Translations under genes and position numbers: made by a program | Source: Actinomycetota bacterium | GTDB taxonomy: Bacteria; Actinomycetota; Acidimicrobiia; Acidimicrobiales; GCA-2861595 | Assembly: GCA_016781225.1 (NCBI GenBank) | Contig: JADDQT010000001.1 | Location: forward strand, 10,537-49,656 | Reading direction: 5' to 3' | DNA length: 39,120 bases | Shown: positions 10,628-18,420 of the stretch, piece by piece | How the letters are laid out: each line of letters opens with the position of its first letter | Position numbering within the stretch: the first letter of the stretch is position 1 | The notes under the pieces: generated by a model | Databases searched by the model: none | Seen by the model: the letters and a program-made list of their open reading frames with translations, nothing else | Told to the model about the DNA's origin: nothing

Positions 10628-11584
10628 GTGACGTTGCGGTGGACGGACCTCCACCCAGAGGCGGGTATGACGGCCGCACTGGATCATGCCGACGCGGAGA
10701 CATCCCGCGTCGTCATCGAAGCCGATGTCGCCCGCATTGCCGAACAAGGTCTGTCGCGCGAGCAGCGAAAGCGCGAGCGCGAGCCCCTCCGCGACATGCG
10801 GAAGCGGTGGTCAGAGCGCTTCGCGAACGGATCGGCCACGATGCTCGCGAACGAGTTGCGGGGTCATCGTGTCGTCTCGCGTCGGTTCAGGGTCGCGCCC
10901 CTTCCAGATGGAACAGGGCAGGAGTCGTTCTGGCCCCTGGGCTATCGGAGTGGCAAGCGGATCGACGTAGTGGTCGCCAGAGAGCTCGTGGGCCTCCAGC
11001 TCGGCGCGTCGCTCAAGGGATTGAACTTCCGAGACGACGAGGGCGGGAACTTCGACAAGAACCTGACCGGGCGCCTGTACGAGTTGGCCGATGAGATGAC
11101 GACGGTGCACCGCCATCTCCCTCGCGCCTTCATGGCAGGGATCTTCTTCCTGCCGATCGACGCGTGCTTCGATAAGGGACCCGGGCAGTCGTCATTCGCG
11201 CACACGGTCCTCGAACTCCGTCGGCGTTCGGATCGCGACCCAGCAGACGCGTCACAGTCCGCAAGGTGTGACTTCGCTGCGGTCGGGCTCTATGCGCCCG
11301 GAGGCGGCGTGTCGAGCGAACGAGGGATCGGAAGGGGAGTCGTCCGCTTCTTTCCCGTCGATCGACCACCTCCCCGCAGGGAGCTGCCTCCCGTCGAAAG
11401 AACACTCACCCTCGCCGAGCTGGCCGACCGCATGCTCGCCGGAGCGATCGGTGGGACTGCGGCGAGCGACGCATACGGCGATGCCGAAGACGAGCTCGCC
11501 GAGGGCGAGGAGCCGACAGCGCTCGAGGACGTCGTGCTCGCCGAAGAGGCTGGCGAGATCGACGAGATCGCGCTCGAGGAGTAG
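10628..11584 (+). CDS. Hypothetical protein, possible PD-(D/E)XK nuclease (candidate restriction endonuclease)
   Basis: GTG start 4 nt after the previous stop. Core-like pattern KRIDVVVARELVGLQLGASLKG (D...SxK). The acidic C-terminal tail is disordered. The function is a guess. Confidence 0.4.
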   Translation: MTLRWTDLHPEAGMTAALDHADAETSRVVIEADVARIAEQGLSREQRKREREPLRDMRKRWSERFANGSATMLANELRGHRVVSRRFRVAPLPDGTGQESFWPLGYRSGKRIDVVVARELVGLQLGASLKGLNFRDDEGGNFDKNLTGRLYELADEMTTVHRHLPRAFMAGIFFLPIDACFDKGPGQSSFAHTVLELRRRSDRDPADASQSARCDFAAVGLYAPGGGVSSERGIGRGVVRFFPVDRPPPRRELPPVERTLTLAELADRMLAGAIGGTAASDAYGDAEDELAEGEEPTALEDVVLAEEAGEIDEIALEE

Positions 11585-11607
11585 CTGCGGTTCGTCGCTC
11601 AGCCGCA

Positions 11608-12525
11608 TCAGCCGGCCATCCGGAACCGTTCGTAGCGCTCCTCGAGGAGTTCGCGGTTCGGGCGAGCTGCTCGTTGGCGGGGAAGCTCGATCCGCTCTAG
11701 GTGCAGCCGCTGAAGCGCATACGTCAGCGTGGGGCCGTCCTCCTCGACGAGAACGTCGGGGCGTACCTCGATCGCGTAGTCCGGCCGGACGGCCATCAGC
11801 ATGGTGTCGAAAGCGGCGTGGTGGATCTTGCACATTGCGATGCCGTTAGTCACGACTGGTTCTCCGCCGAGTGAGTCGTTCCGGATGTGGGCCGCGTCGA
11901 GGAGCTCGCGATGCCGTAGACGGCAGAAGGCACAGCGGTTCTCGTAGGCGGCCAGCACTTGAGCTCGGAACACTGGCTGCTGCAGACGTTCTTTGACAAT
12001 GCGGTCGGCATAGGCGCGGCGCAGCTCGATCACGACGGCGTCGTGGGTGTCTCCCCACGTGTGAAGCTGCTCTGGGTCCAGCGCAACGACGAACTGGTGC
12101 TGCTCTGGCTCTTCGGCGACGAGCCACACCGGGAACACCGGTAGATACAGGCCCGGAGCGAGCCCTTGAAACCAGATGAGAGGGAGCTGGCGTTCCATGG
12201 CCTTGCGAAGGGCGACGTTTTCCGGGTGGCTCGCGTTCCTCCCACGCCATTTGTACCGCTGGTAGCCGTCGACCCCGCGTTCATCGGCATAAGGCCGCTG
12301 GTCCGGGCTAGAGGCGAACACCGTCCTGAAGCTCAACGCCGCATCGAGCATGCGCGGCTTTCGGATGCCCCTCTGGATGTCCATGAGAGGGATTCGCTCG
12401 CCGTCGAGCACGAAGCCCGCCACGTCTTCGTGTCGCACCGGTCCGCCGGTGCGCAGTTGGACGGCCCGGAGGTGGGCGAGAGCCGAGGAGCGCAACCGCT
12501 CGTCGAACTCCTCGTCCATGGCCAC
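11608..12525 (-). CDS. HNH nuclease (HNH_2 / COG3440-like predicted restriction endonuclease) with an SRA-like N-terminal domain
   Basis: HNH segment CAFCRLRHRELLDAAHIRND...NGIAMCKIHHAAFD. The N-terminal YADERGVDGYQRYKWRGRNASHPENVALRKA resembles the YDG/SRA signature. Confidence 0.65.
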   Translation of the reverse strand: MAMDEEFDERLRSSALAHLRAVQLRTGGPVRHEDVAGFVLDGERIPLMDIQRGIRKPRMLDAALSFRTVFASSPDQRPYADERGVDGYQRYKWRGRNASHPENVALRKAMERQLPLIWFQGLAPGLYLPVFPVWLVAEEPEQHQFVVALDPEQLHTWGDTHDAVVIELRRAYADRIVKERLQQPVFRAQVLAAYENRCAFCRLRHRELLDAAHIRNDSLGGEPVVTNGIAMCKIHHAAFDTMLMAVRPDYAIEVRPDVLVEEDGPTLTYALQRLHLERIELPRQRAARPNRELLEERYERFRMAG

Positions 12526-12733
12526 GGAGGCGGACTGTAACCACGGCTTGGGCTGATCGCCGAGATCCGCGCCTATGAGGGGGGCGACGACCTATTGTCA
12601 GCTCAGCCTCGTTCCGGCCGCGGGTATCTCGCGGTCGGCGATCGACTGGAGTCGAGCTCTCGGGCAGCAGCGGCGCGGCCGCCCCGCGATGGAGGCCCTC
12701 GTGTGACGAGGCGAGATCGACGGGGGTAGCCCC

Positions 12734-14005
12734 ATGGCCCGATGTGGCGCTGTATCGCTTCAGAAGTCCCTCTTTGCATCCTTGGGACGGGATGGCCTCG
12801 ATGCTGAGTTTCATCGATGTAATTTGGGTCCCGTGGGTAACGTCGCCGGGTTCACGGTCGCCGCGCTGTTCGCCGGAATCGGTGGCATCGAGCGCGGCCT
12901 CGAGAAGGTCGGCGGACATACCGAACTCCTCTGCGAGAACTGGGATCCAGCAGTCGCCGTTCTCGGCGAGCGTTTCCCGGACGTGCCAATGGTGGGGGAC
13001 GTCAGGGATCTACGGTCGCTGCCGAAGGTCGACGTGGTCACGGCGGGCTTCCCGTGCACCGACCTCTCTCAGGCGGGGCGGACGAAAGGGATCCAGGGCA
13101 ACGCGTCCGGCCTCGTCGCCGAGGTGTTCCGTCTTCTGAAGCGCACCAAGGCCCCTGTACTGCTCCTCGAGAATGTGCGGAACATGCTCGTTCTCGACGG
13201 GGGCAAGGCCATGCGGTACCTCGTTGCGGAACTTGAGGCCCTCGGCTACCGCTGGGCCTATCGTCTCGTCGACTCTCGCTTTACGGGAGTCCCTCAGCGG
13301 CGCCAGCGCGTCATCTTCGTGGCAGCAAGGGAAATCGATCCACGGGCAGTGCTGTTCGCCGATGATGCGGGTGAGCCGGACGCCGAGCGTTACAGCGACG
13401 CGTGCTTCGGGTTCTACTGGACCGAGGGGCTGCGCGGCCTCGGATGGGCGAAGGACGCGGTGCCTACGCTCAAGGGCGGGTCCACGATCGGCATACCCTC
13501 GCCGCCGGCAATATGGGCGCCGAACAACCAGCTCGGTCTCCGTCTGGTCACTCCCGCGATCGAAGATGCCGAGGAACTACAGGGATTCGAACCTGGGTGG
13601 ACCGAGCCGGCCGAGCTGGTCACCAAGCGGCGTGGGACCCGCTGGAAGTTGATCGGTAACGCCGTCACCGTCGGCGTGTCGACGTGGTTTGGTCGGCGAT
13701 TGGCCGATCCGGGAGAGCCATTCCTCGAGGGAGCGGCGGTTCAGTCGGGCGACCGATGGCCCAACGCCGCGTTCGGGGCCTCCGGCAAGGCGTGGGCGGT
13801 TGACGTGTCGATGTGGCCCACACACCAGCCATACCGTCATCTCGCGGAAGTGATGGATCTCCTGCGCGCGACACCTGTGTCTGCGCGAGGCGCTGGGGGC
13901 TTCCTTTCGCGTGCGCAGCGTGGAAGCCTTCGGTTCATGGATGGCTTCCTAGAGGATGTCGCCGAGCACGTCCGCTTCATGAACGAGGAACTGTTTGGCG
14001 CCTGA
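12734..14005 (+). CDS. dcm: DNA (cytosine-5)-methyltransferase; the start is uncertain (ATG 12734 or GTG 12833)
   Basis: Motif I LFAGIGG, motif IV GFPCTDLSQAG, motif VI LLLENVRNM, motif VIII QRRQRV, motif X LIGNAVTV. Confidence 0.9.
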   Translation: MARCGAVSLQKSLFASLGRDGLDAEFHRCNLGPVGNVAGFTVAALFAGIGGIERGLEKVGGHTELLCENWDPAVAVLGERFPDVPMVGDVRDLRSLPKVDVVTAGFPCTDLSQAGRTKGIQGNASGLVAEVFRLLKRTKAPVLLLENVRNMLVLDGGKAMRYLVAELEALGYRWAYRLVDSRFTGVPQRRQRVIFVAAREIDPRAVLFADDAGEPDAERYSDACFGFYWTEGLRGLGWAKDAVPTLKGGSTIGIPSPPAIWAPNNQLGLRLVTPAIEDAEELQGFEPGWTEPAELVTKRRGTRWKLIGNAVTVGVSTWFGRRLADPGEPFLEGAAVQSGDRWPNAAFGASGKAWAVDVSMWPTHQPYRHLAEVMDLLRATPVSARGAGGFLSRAQRGSLRFMDGFLEDVAEHVRFMNEELFGA

Positions 14006-14450
14006 GCCTGTGCGTCCGGGGCGGCCAGCAGCGTCGTCGGAGGAGATCCGACTTCGGATGCAGCGTCAGGCCGGCCGGGACACGAAGCCCGAACTCGCCC
14101 TCCGCCGAGAACTGTGGCGTCGAGGATTGCGGTACCGAGTCGACCTTGCACCCATCAGTGGGCTTCCTCGTCGAGCCGACATGGTCTTCAGCCGCGCACG
14201 AGTCGCTGTCTACGTGGACGGGTGTTACTGGCACAGCTGCCCGGATCACGCCACGGTCCCGAAGGCCAACCGCGACTGGTGGGTCGCGAAGCTTGAGGCG
14301 AACGTGAAGCGTGATCGTGACACCGATGCTCGATTGCGATGGGCGGGTTGGGAGGTGGTGCGCGTGTGGGAGCACGAGACGATCGTCGACGCGGCAGATC
14401 GGATCGAGTCCGTCGCGCGCGAGCGACCTGGCAGCGCCGGGAGCGGATGA
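13995..14450 (+). CDS. vsr: Very-short-patch repair endonuclease Vsr
   Basis: Segments DTKPELALRRELWRRGLRYRV, VAVYVDGCYWHSCPDH and NRDWWVAKLEANVKRD. It overlaps the dcm 3' end by 11 nt (TTG 13995; alternative GTG 14010). Confidence 0.9.
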   Translation: MAPEPVRPGRPAASSEEIRLRMQRQAGRDTKPELALRRELWRRGLRYRVDLAPISGLPRRADMVFSRARVAVYVDGCYWHSCPDHATVPKANRDWWVAKLEANVKRDRDTDARLRWAGWEVVRVWEHETIVDAADRIESVARERPGSAGSG

Positions 14451-14524
14451 TGTTCAGCACCCTGACGGGACCCCGTTTGGTGGTCCACCCGCTATGAGAG
14501 TGGTCCATGGGTGACACCCGGCCT

Positions 14525-15421
14525 CTAGGACGCCCGTAGAGGCGCCGGAAGGTCCGGGGATGGGTTGGGAGTGCCGACGAATTGATCGTCGACCTCCCAT
14601 CTTGTTTGGTACTCGGCGGGGGTGAGCCCATCGAGGGCCGAGTGAGGCCGGTAGGTGTTGTACTCGATCCTCCAGGCCTCGATGAGGACCTGCGCCTCGG
14701 CGAGGGAGCCGAACTCCTCGGTGTTGAGCAGCTCGTCTCGCACCCGGCCGTTGAACGACTCGACGTAGGGGTTCTGCCACGGTGAGCCGGGCTCTATGTA
14801 GATGGTCCCGGTGCCGGCCAGGCGGCACCACTCCCGAAGGGCCCAGGCCACGAGCTCGGGTCCGTTGTCCATGCGCAGATGCGCCGGTGCGCCTCGCTCG
14901 GCCACCAGGGCCTCGATGGTGGCCACCACCTCATCGGCGTCGCAGGATCGCCCCACCCGCATGGCCAGGGCTTCACTGCTGTGCTCGTCGACGATGTTCA
15001 ACAGCTTGAGCCTCCTCTGATCGGCGGTCTCGTCGAACTGAAAGTCCAGGGCCCACACGTCATTGGGATGTTCAGCCCTCCGGCGCTCCGCGGTGCTGGC
15101 GTGGGTCCGGCGGCGCTTGTGGCAGTGCTGGGGTCGGCGCAGGCCCTCCTCCCTCCACAGGCGCTGCGTGCGCTTGCGGTTGATGACCCAGCCCTCTCGG
15201 CGAAGGAGGCGATGGGCCGCCTTCCAGCCCCAGCGAGGATGGCGGCGGGCGATGTCTCGCAGACGGCGACGCAGCTTGTCCTCCTCGGCCGGACGAGGCC
15301 GGCACGGCTTGCGCTGGGTGGAGCGCTGCTGGCCCACCACTCGATAGGCCCGGCGTTCGGAGACCCCGAAGCGCTCCTGTAGGACCACGACGGCCCTGCG
15401 GCGGCGCTTCGGGGTCACCAT
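14525..15421 (-). CDS. IS3-family transposase OrfB (DDE/rve integrase core)
   Basis: Segments WALDFQFDE, LRMDNGPELV and PGSPWQNPYVESFNGRVRDE. Its ATG overlaps the orfA stop (ATGGTGA). Confidence 0.9.
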   Translation of the reverse strand: MVTPKRRRRAVVVLQERFGVSERRAYRVVGQQRSTQRKPCRPRPAEEDKLRRRLRDIARRHPRWGWKAAHRLLRREGWVINRKRTQRLWREEGLRRPQHCHKRRRTHASTAERRRAEHPNDVWALDFQFDETADQRRLKLLNIVDEHSSEALAMRVGRSCDADEVVATIEALVAERGAPAHLRMDNGPELVAWALREWCRLAGTGTIYIEPGSPWQNPYVESFNGRVRDELLNTEEFGSLAEAQVLIEAWRIEYNTYRPHSALDGLTPAEYQTRWEVDDQFVGTPNPSPDLPAPLRAS

Positions 15422-15693
15422 TTTCCCTCGGCCAGCTCCTTGAGCGTGGCCTTGTCCAGCTCAGCGTCGGCCAGCAGGCGCTTCAGCCGACCGTTCTCCG
15501 ACTCGAGCTCCCGCAGGCGCTTGGCCTCGGAGGCCTTCATGCCCCCGTACTGGTTGCGCCAGCGGTTCCAGGTGGCTTCGGACACCTCGAGGTGGCGGAG
15601 CACCTCGGTGAGGTCCTTGCCGTCGTTGAGCAGCCGCTCACCCTCGCGGAGCTTGCGCACGACCTGCTCGGGGGTGTGGCGGTGTCGCTTCAT
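15415..15693 (-). CDS. IS3-family transposase OrfA (HTH plus leucine zipper)
   Basis: MKRHRHTPEQVVRKLREGERLL... The slippery heptamer G_GGA_AAA sits just before the stop. A -1 shift gives the fusion ...LAEGKMVTPKRRR. Confidence 0.85.
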   Translation of the reverse strand: MKRHRHTPEQVVRKLREGERLLNDGKDLTEVLRHLEVSEATWNRWRNQYGGMKASEAKRLRELESENGRLKRLLADAELDKATLKELAEGKW

Positions 15694-15976
15694 CGTGGTC
15701 AGTCCCTTCATGCCCAGATCCTGGGCGTCGGACTCCCACAGTTGGTGGACCACTTTCCGGGGGCCCCGTCAACCCCACCGGGCGTCCCGAGTGGCGGGCA
15801 AGGTTCGAGCAGGAGGACGCCGCGTCCGCGAGAAGTCGTCTTCTACTTTCAAGGCTTAGAAGGACGCCACACTGTGGCCGCCCGATCGTCCAGGACGCCT
15901 GCACGCTCGAGGAGACGGTGGAAACCCTTGGTGCGAGCCCTCGGCTCCGCGCGACGTTGTCTGGGCGCACCCTGAG

Positions 15977-15993
15977 CGGGCCCTCACGGCCCG
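15977..15993 (-). terminator. GC hairpin (CGGGCC-CTCAC-GGCCCG) directly after the GHKL gene stop
   Basis: 6-bp perfect stem abutting the stop codon at 15994-15996. There is no U-tract. Confidence 0.3.
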
Positions 15994-17796
15994 TCAGTCC
16001 GCGTCCGCTGTGAACAGGATGTCGGAGAGATCGACTGCTGCCGAATCCTGGATCGTCCCGAGGAGTTCCCACAGGTACTCGGAGATGTCGGTGGTGCCGT
16101 CCCAGTTCGCCCGCACGTCGTATGCCTGGATCACTTCGACGAAACGGCTGAAGACGTAGTCACGCCATCTCGCGCTCTTGGCGCCCTCGTCCTGGAGCAT
16201 CCGCTCGGCGAGTGGGCGCTGCGCGTTGATCCACCACAGGTTGGCCTCGACATCATGGGTCCGCTGGTACACCACCGGCTGACGAGGATGGAGAGTGAAC
16301 ACCTCGCCAGAGTCGGGGTCAGGGTCGTATCCGGAGATCCGAATCTCTGGGAAGCGCGGCACGCTCTTCTTCTTGTCACCGGCACCACCACCGCCAGTCT
16401 GCGTGCCACTGCCGCCCGAACCCGCGCCGCCGCCGCCACCTCCACCGCCGGATCCGCCCTTCTTGTCATGGAACTCGCCCGGGCCGCCGGCGCCGCCACC
16501 ACCCGTGCCGCCTTCGCCTGCGCCTTCGCCCTTACCCACGCTCACCATCACCTCGCGGGCGCGAAGGAACTTGTTCTTCCAGCGGTTCAAGCGGTTTGAC
16601 AGCGCTTGGTTCTCGTTTTCTTCCCGAGCCCGTCGCTTTGCGTTCTCCTCCTTGGCCAGCTCGTCGGAGAGATCATCTATGCGTAACGCAACCCACTCGA
16701 GGATCGCGTCGGTCATAGGGTTCGCTACGAGATGGACACGGTCGTTGGTCTTCAGCCCGTGATCCTCAAGCACCGGAGCGTCGAGCGCTCCGTAGATGAA
16801 GTCGGCGCCTGCTCGGTTCCGGATTGGCAGTTCGCCGACCCGATAGCTGGCGATGATCAGGCCGTTACGTCCCTTGACGTCGATCGCATGAGTCGGATCG
16901 CGGCGTGTAAATGGGTCGAAGGCAACACGAAGCGTTAGCTCACCAGCCTTTGGCTTGTCGGTGAGGGTGAAGACGTCATCCCCGCTCTTCAGCTCGGCTG
17001 GCAGGTCATACGATCGGCCCTCCTCGTAACCCGGTCGATCGGGGATCGCGGGGAGACGGAGAGGGTCAATGATCCTGTCACCGTCAGAGAACGCGACATG
17101 TGCTCGTTCGAGGACTTGCTTTGCCTGCGGATCCGCGAGGAGCTTCAACTCGAAGGCCTCACTCCGGCTCCATTGTGCGGGATGACGCAACCCTCGTCCT
17201 CGTACGATTGTGAAATGACACATCTGCGGGTCGTCGGAGGCCACGGCGGGTCGAACCGCATCAGGCAGGTCGCCGCAAGTCGGGGCGAGCCCGGCGATCG
17301 CTCGCGCTCGGTCCGGTGAGACCGTGGCGCCTCGGTAGCGTTCGTCGAAGCCGTATTGCTTGCTCTCGTCGAATCCGAAGACCGTGATGCGCCCGTCGCG
17401 GTAGGTGATGAACTCTGATCGCTTGAAGTTCTCCCGCATGTGGAACTTGCCGCCGTTTCCGTGCCCGCCAAAGCCGGCGAAGTCGGCACGGCCGCGGCTT
17501 GCGGCGACGTCTGAACCCCACCGCTTGAGGTGTTCGTCTATCTCCTCGTAGGTCGCTCCGATGAAGTCGATGCACTCCATCACGCCATCCGTGCCGGCAC
17601 GCGACGTCGGGGTCTCGACGTGCATGACGATGAACGGGACGCCTGGCTCATCCATGCGAACGGCCTGGTCGTACGCGTTCTTGAGCCACTCTGCGGCGCC
17701 TGCAGCGTACTTCCCTTGGAACTGTGCGCCGAGAAGGTCGAGCACGCGCTCCTTGTCCATCTCGGCTTCCTGATGCGCAATTGCAAAGTCAGTCAT
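15994..17796 (-). CDS. GHKL (Bergerat-fold) ATPase with a coiled coil, a ~57-aa Gly-rich linker and an unknown C-terminal domain
   Basis: N-box EWLKNAYDQA, G1-like ECIDFIGAT, G2 box AGFGGHGNGGKF. The ATG at 17796 overlaps the upstream stop (ATGACTGA). Confidence 0.7.
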   Translation of the reverse strand: MTDFAIAHQEAEMDKERVLDLLGAQFQGKYAAGAAEWLKNAYDQAVRMDEPGVPFIVMHVETPTSRAGTDGVMECIDFIGATYEEIDEHLKRWGSDVAASRGRADFAGFGGHGNGGKFHMRENFKRSEFITYRDGRITVFGFDESKQYGFDERYRGATVSPDRARAIAGLAPTCGDLPDAVRPAVASDDPQMCHFTIVRGRGLRHPAQWSRSEAFELKLLADPQAKQVLERAHVAFSDGDRIIDPLRLPAIPDRPGYEEGRSYDLPAELKSGDDVFTLTDKPKAGELTLRVAFDPFTRRDPTHAIDVKGRNGLIIASYRVGELPIRNRAGADFIYGALDAPVLEDHGLKTNDRVHLVANPMTDAILEWVALRIDDLSDELAKEENAKRRAREENENQALSNRLNRWKNKFLRAREVMVSVGKGEGAGEGGTGGGGAGGPGEFHDKKGGSGGGGGGGGAGSGGSGTQTGGGGAGDKKKSVPRFPEIRISGYDPDPDSGEVFTLHPRQPVVYQRTHDVEANLWWINAQRPLAERMLQDEGAKSARWRDYVFSRFVEVIQAYDVRANWDGTTDISEYLWELLGTIQDSAAVDLSDILFTADAD

Positions 17797-18418
17797 CGTC
17801 GGGGCCCCTTGAGGTCTTCCGGGCAATGATGTCGGCGAACCGGTCTCGGAGGAACTCGTCCACGGCGACGAGTTCCTTCGCTCCGGGTGTGTCCGTCGTC
17901 ACGGCTTCGTCGAGCGCACGACGTGTCTGAGCAAGCCGGCTCTCGAAGTCGCGGGCGGGCGCACGCACGCTCGTGCGATAGAACGCAAAGAAGTCTGTGT
18001 CCAGGATGTCGTCCGTCTGGCCGGCGAGGAAGAGCTGGGTAGCCGTCGCCCGCTCGAGGTGCTGCAACTCCTGGCTACCACTCCTACTCATCCGGCCTGT
18101 TGATGCTGGGCCCTGGGTATCCGCGTCCGAGAACAACGTCGCCGCGAGATCCCAGCCAGCGTTGGTCAGCTTGAACTTCTTCTGGCGTGTCGGACCTGTC
18201 GCGACCAGGCCGCCGGACTTCAGTTCCTTGTAAAGGGAAACGTGAATGTCGCTCGCGTCGGGAAAGCGATCGGAGTAACCGCGAAGCCCGAAGTCATCCG
18301 GGTACAACTCCCACGCCTTGACGACGATGTCCTCATACGTCATAAGGCGAGGCCCGTCCGGCGAGAGGGCATAAAGCGCCTCAAGGATCTTGCGCGGGCG
18401 TCCGCCGAGCTTTGCCAT
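17789..18418 (-). CDS. Hypothetical winged-helix protein (209 aa)
   Basis: The N-terminal segment KILEALYALSPDGPRLMTYEDIVVKAW...KFKLTNAGWDLA looks like a wHTH. The start is 2 nt after the upstream stop. Confidence 0.6.
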   Translation of the reverse strand: MAKLGGRPRKILEALYALSPDGPRLMTYEDIVVKAWELYPDDFGLRGYSDRFPDASDIHVSLYKELKSGGLVATGPTRQKKFKLTNAGWDLAATLFSDADTQGPASTGRMSRSGSQELQHLERATATQLFLAGQTDDILDTDFFAFYRTSVRAPARDFESRLAQTRRALDEAVTTDTPGAKELVAVDEFLRDRFADIIARKTSRGPDDD

Positions 18419-18420
18419 CG

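Larger units (their letters stand above)
14463..15771 (-). mobile_element. IS3-family insertion sequence (IS407-group-like), 1309 bp, copy 1
   Basis: Imperfect terminal inverted repeats: TGACGGGACCCCG..GTGGTCCACC and TGACGGGGCCCCC..GTGGTCCACC. There is a 4-bp ACCC direct repeat at 14459-14462 and 15772-15775. It has the two-ORF transposase layout. Confidence 0.85.

Noticed and set aside
12308-12919. A 203-aa minus-strand ORF bridging the HNH start and the dcm start (also 26286..26897).
   Set aside because: It runs antisense to the dcm 5' end and in an alternate frame of the HNH gene. Its composition is Arg-rich and junk-like.
17779-17786. AATTGCAA, resembling the ATTGCAAT operator motif, at the start of the GHKL gene.
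   Set aside because: It is a single partial occurrence inside coding sequence (codons for FAIAH). I noted it only as something to include in a motif scan.
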